A stretch of DNA of 49,897 bases, taken from assembly GCA_964540295.1 (NCBI GenBank), contig CAZIMT010000001.1, positions 15,913 through 65,809 on the forward strand, given 5' to 3'. Each line of letters starts with the position of its first letter. Within the stretch, counting starts at the first letter, position 1. The notes below the pieces were generated by a model. It was not told where the DNA came from, did no database searches, and was given only the letters and a program-made list of their open reading frames with translations. The stretch is from an uncultured Phycisphaeraceae bacterium. Lineage in GTDB: Bacteria; Planctomycetota; Phycisphaerae; Phycisphaerales; UBA1924. The translations under genes were made by a program, and so were the position numbers. This document shows, one piece after another, positions 49,095-49,897 of this stretch.

Positions 49095-49897
49095 TTGGGC
49101 GAGCAGTTACAGGTTCACACGCTGGCGAAGGTTGTTGCGACGATCGGTCCGGCGAGCGATTCGCCGGAGATGGTTCGCAAGCTGATCGAGGCCGGGGTGG
49201 GGATCTTTCGTTTCAATTTTTCGCACGGCGATCTGGCGGGGCACAAGGCGCGGCTGGACACGGTGCGTTCGGTGGCGGCGTCGATGGATCGTCCGATCGC
49301 GTGCCTGGGAGACCTGCAGGGGCCCAAGATTCGCGTGGGGAAGGTCGCGGACCCGGGGATCGTGGTCGAGACGGGGCAGGACGTGATCTTCCGCGCGAGG
49401 TTGGGGGTTGCGCAGGTGGAAACGATCGGCGGCCAGCGCGTGGCGGTGTTCCCGACCACATACGAGAAGCTGATTGACGAGGTCGAGGCCGGGCACAAGG
49501 TGCTGATCAACGACGGCGCGATCCGGATGCTCGCCGTGGATGCGGACAAGGGCAAGGGTGAGCTGCGGTGCCGCGTGGTGGTGGGCGGGCTGGTGACGTC
49601 GGGCAAGGGGATCAATCTTCCGCAGAGCGTGATCTCGGCGCCAGCGATCACTGAGCGTGACTGGAAGTGCGTGGACTGGGCGTACGACAACGAGATAGAT
49701 TTTCTGGCGTTGAGCTTCGTGCGGCGGGCGGAAGAGGTGCTGGAATTGAAGGCGTATTTGGCGAAGCGTTGCCCGATCGGGTGCGAGGACGACCCCAAGT
49801 ACGCGGGGGCGTGGACGCCGCTGATCGCCAAGATCGAGAAGCCGCAGGCGGTGGCGGATATTGACCGGATCGTGGCGGCGGCGGACGGGTTCATGGT
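49095..49897 (+). CDS. pyk: Pyruvate kinase (5' part; continues beyond the window)
   Basis: This ORF is not in the supplied track because it has no stop inside the window. The frame through 49131 translates as KVVATIGPASDSPEMVRKLIEAGVGIFRFNFSHGD...CLGDLQGPKIRVG...GKGINLP...DFLALSFV...LIAKIEKPQAV...ADGFMV. The likely start is TTG 49095, 5 nt after AAGGGAGAG. The track's minus ORF 49115..49894 is its antisense shadow. Confidence 0.85.
   Translation, partial: MGEQLQVHTLAKVVATIGPASDSPEMVRKLIEAGVGIFRFNFSHGDLAGHKARLDTVRSVAASMDRPIACLGDLQGPKIRVGKVADPGIVVETGQDVIFRARLGVAQVETIGGQRVAVFPTTYEKLIDEVEAGHKVLINDGAIRMLAVDADKGKGELRCRVVVGGLVTSGKGINLPQSVISAPAITERDWKCVDWAYDNEIDFLALSFVRRAEEVLELKAYLAKRCPIGCEDDPKYAGAWTPLIAKIEKPQAVADIDRIVAAADGFM

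Noticed and set aside
49115-49894. 259-aa minus-strand ORF at the window end
   Set aside because: It is antisense to the unlisted pyruvate kinase reading frame.
1-49897. Search by eye for tRNA/rRNA genes, CRISPR repeats, IS/transposase or integrase genes, and long direct or inverted repeats
   Set aside because: None was recognised. No ORF shows transposase or integrase motifs, and no regularly spaced repeats were seen. tRNAscan, Infernal and a self dot-plot would be needed to exclude small elements.

Overview
This is a high-GC bacterial chromosomal window. A sampled coding line at 10201-10260 is 42/60 G+C. The gene content fits a Planctomycetota/PVC-type genome best: a PVC-type CxxCH heme-binding giant protein, a dockerin-like tail ending in GC, and an exosortase. 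This taxonomic call is an inference.

Block 1 (about 1-16.2 kb, + strand) is an exosortase-centred polysaccharide and protein-sorting locus. It encodes a GT26 transferase, a degenerate nucleotidyltransferase-like protein, an exosortase, EpsI, a Wzz/BY-kinase-like protein, a priming phosphoglycosyl transferase and a 1568-aa TPR protein. Three tandem secreted proteins follow. Each ends in VPLP[PA]A, a hydrophobic helix and an Arg/Lys cluster, which is a VPLPA-type rather than PEP-type exosortase signal. These three genes sit in an AT-richer sub-region with long leaders.

Block 2 (about 16.9-32.4 kb) is a compact xanthomonadin/aryl-polyene-like lipid-pigment cluster. It encodes a chorismatase, an aryl-AMP ligase, a fused KS-CLF, a fused ACP-dehydratase and a halogenase-like flavoprotein. 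It also encodes one LpxL-type and two PlsC-type acyltransferases, two LolA-like proteins, an MMPL exporter, a GT2 and a methyltransferase. No dedicated ketoreductase is visible.

Block 3 (32.4-49.9 kb) is mostly housekeeping. It holds yciH-like SUI1, the PVC heme protein, gnd-zwf-pgl, an SGNH hydrolase, tpiA, ndk, dinB-like, csrA and an Nfu-like protein. It also holds a lipoprotein with a JAMM-like motif, an SDR and a solute-binding protein. A 5'-partial pyruvate kinase runs off the window and is missing from the ORF track.

I recognised no rRNA, tRNA, CRISPR array or IS element. Many long ORFs in the track are antisense shadow ORFs typical of high-GC DNA.
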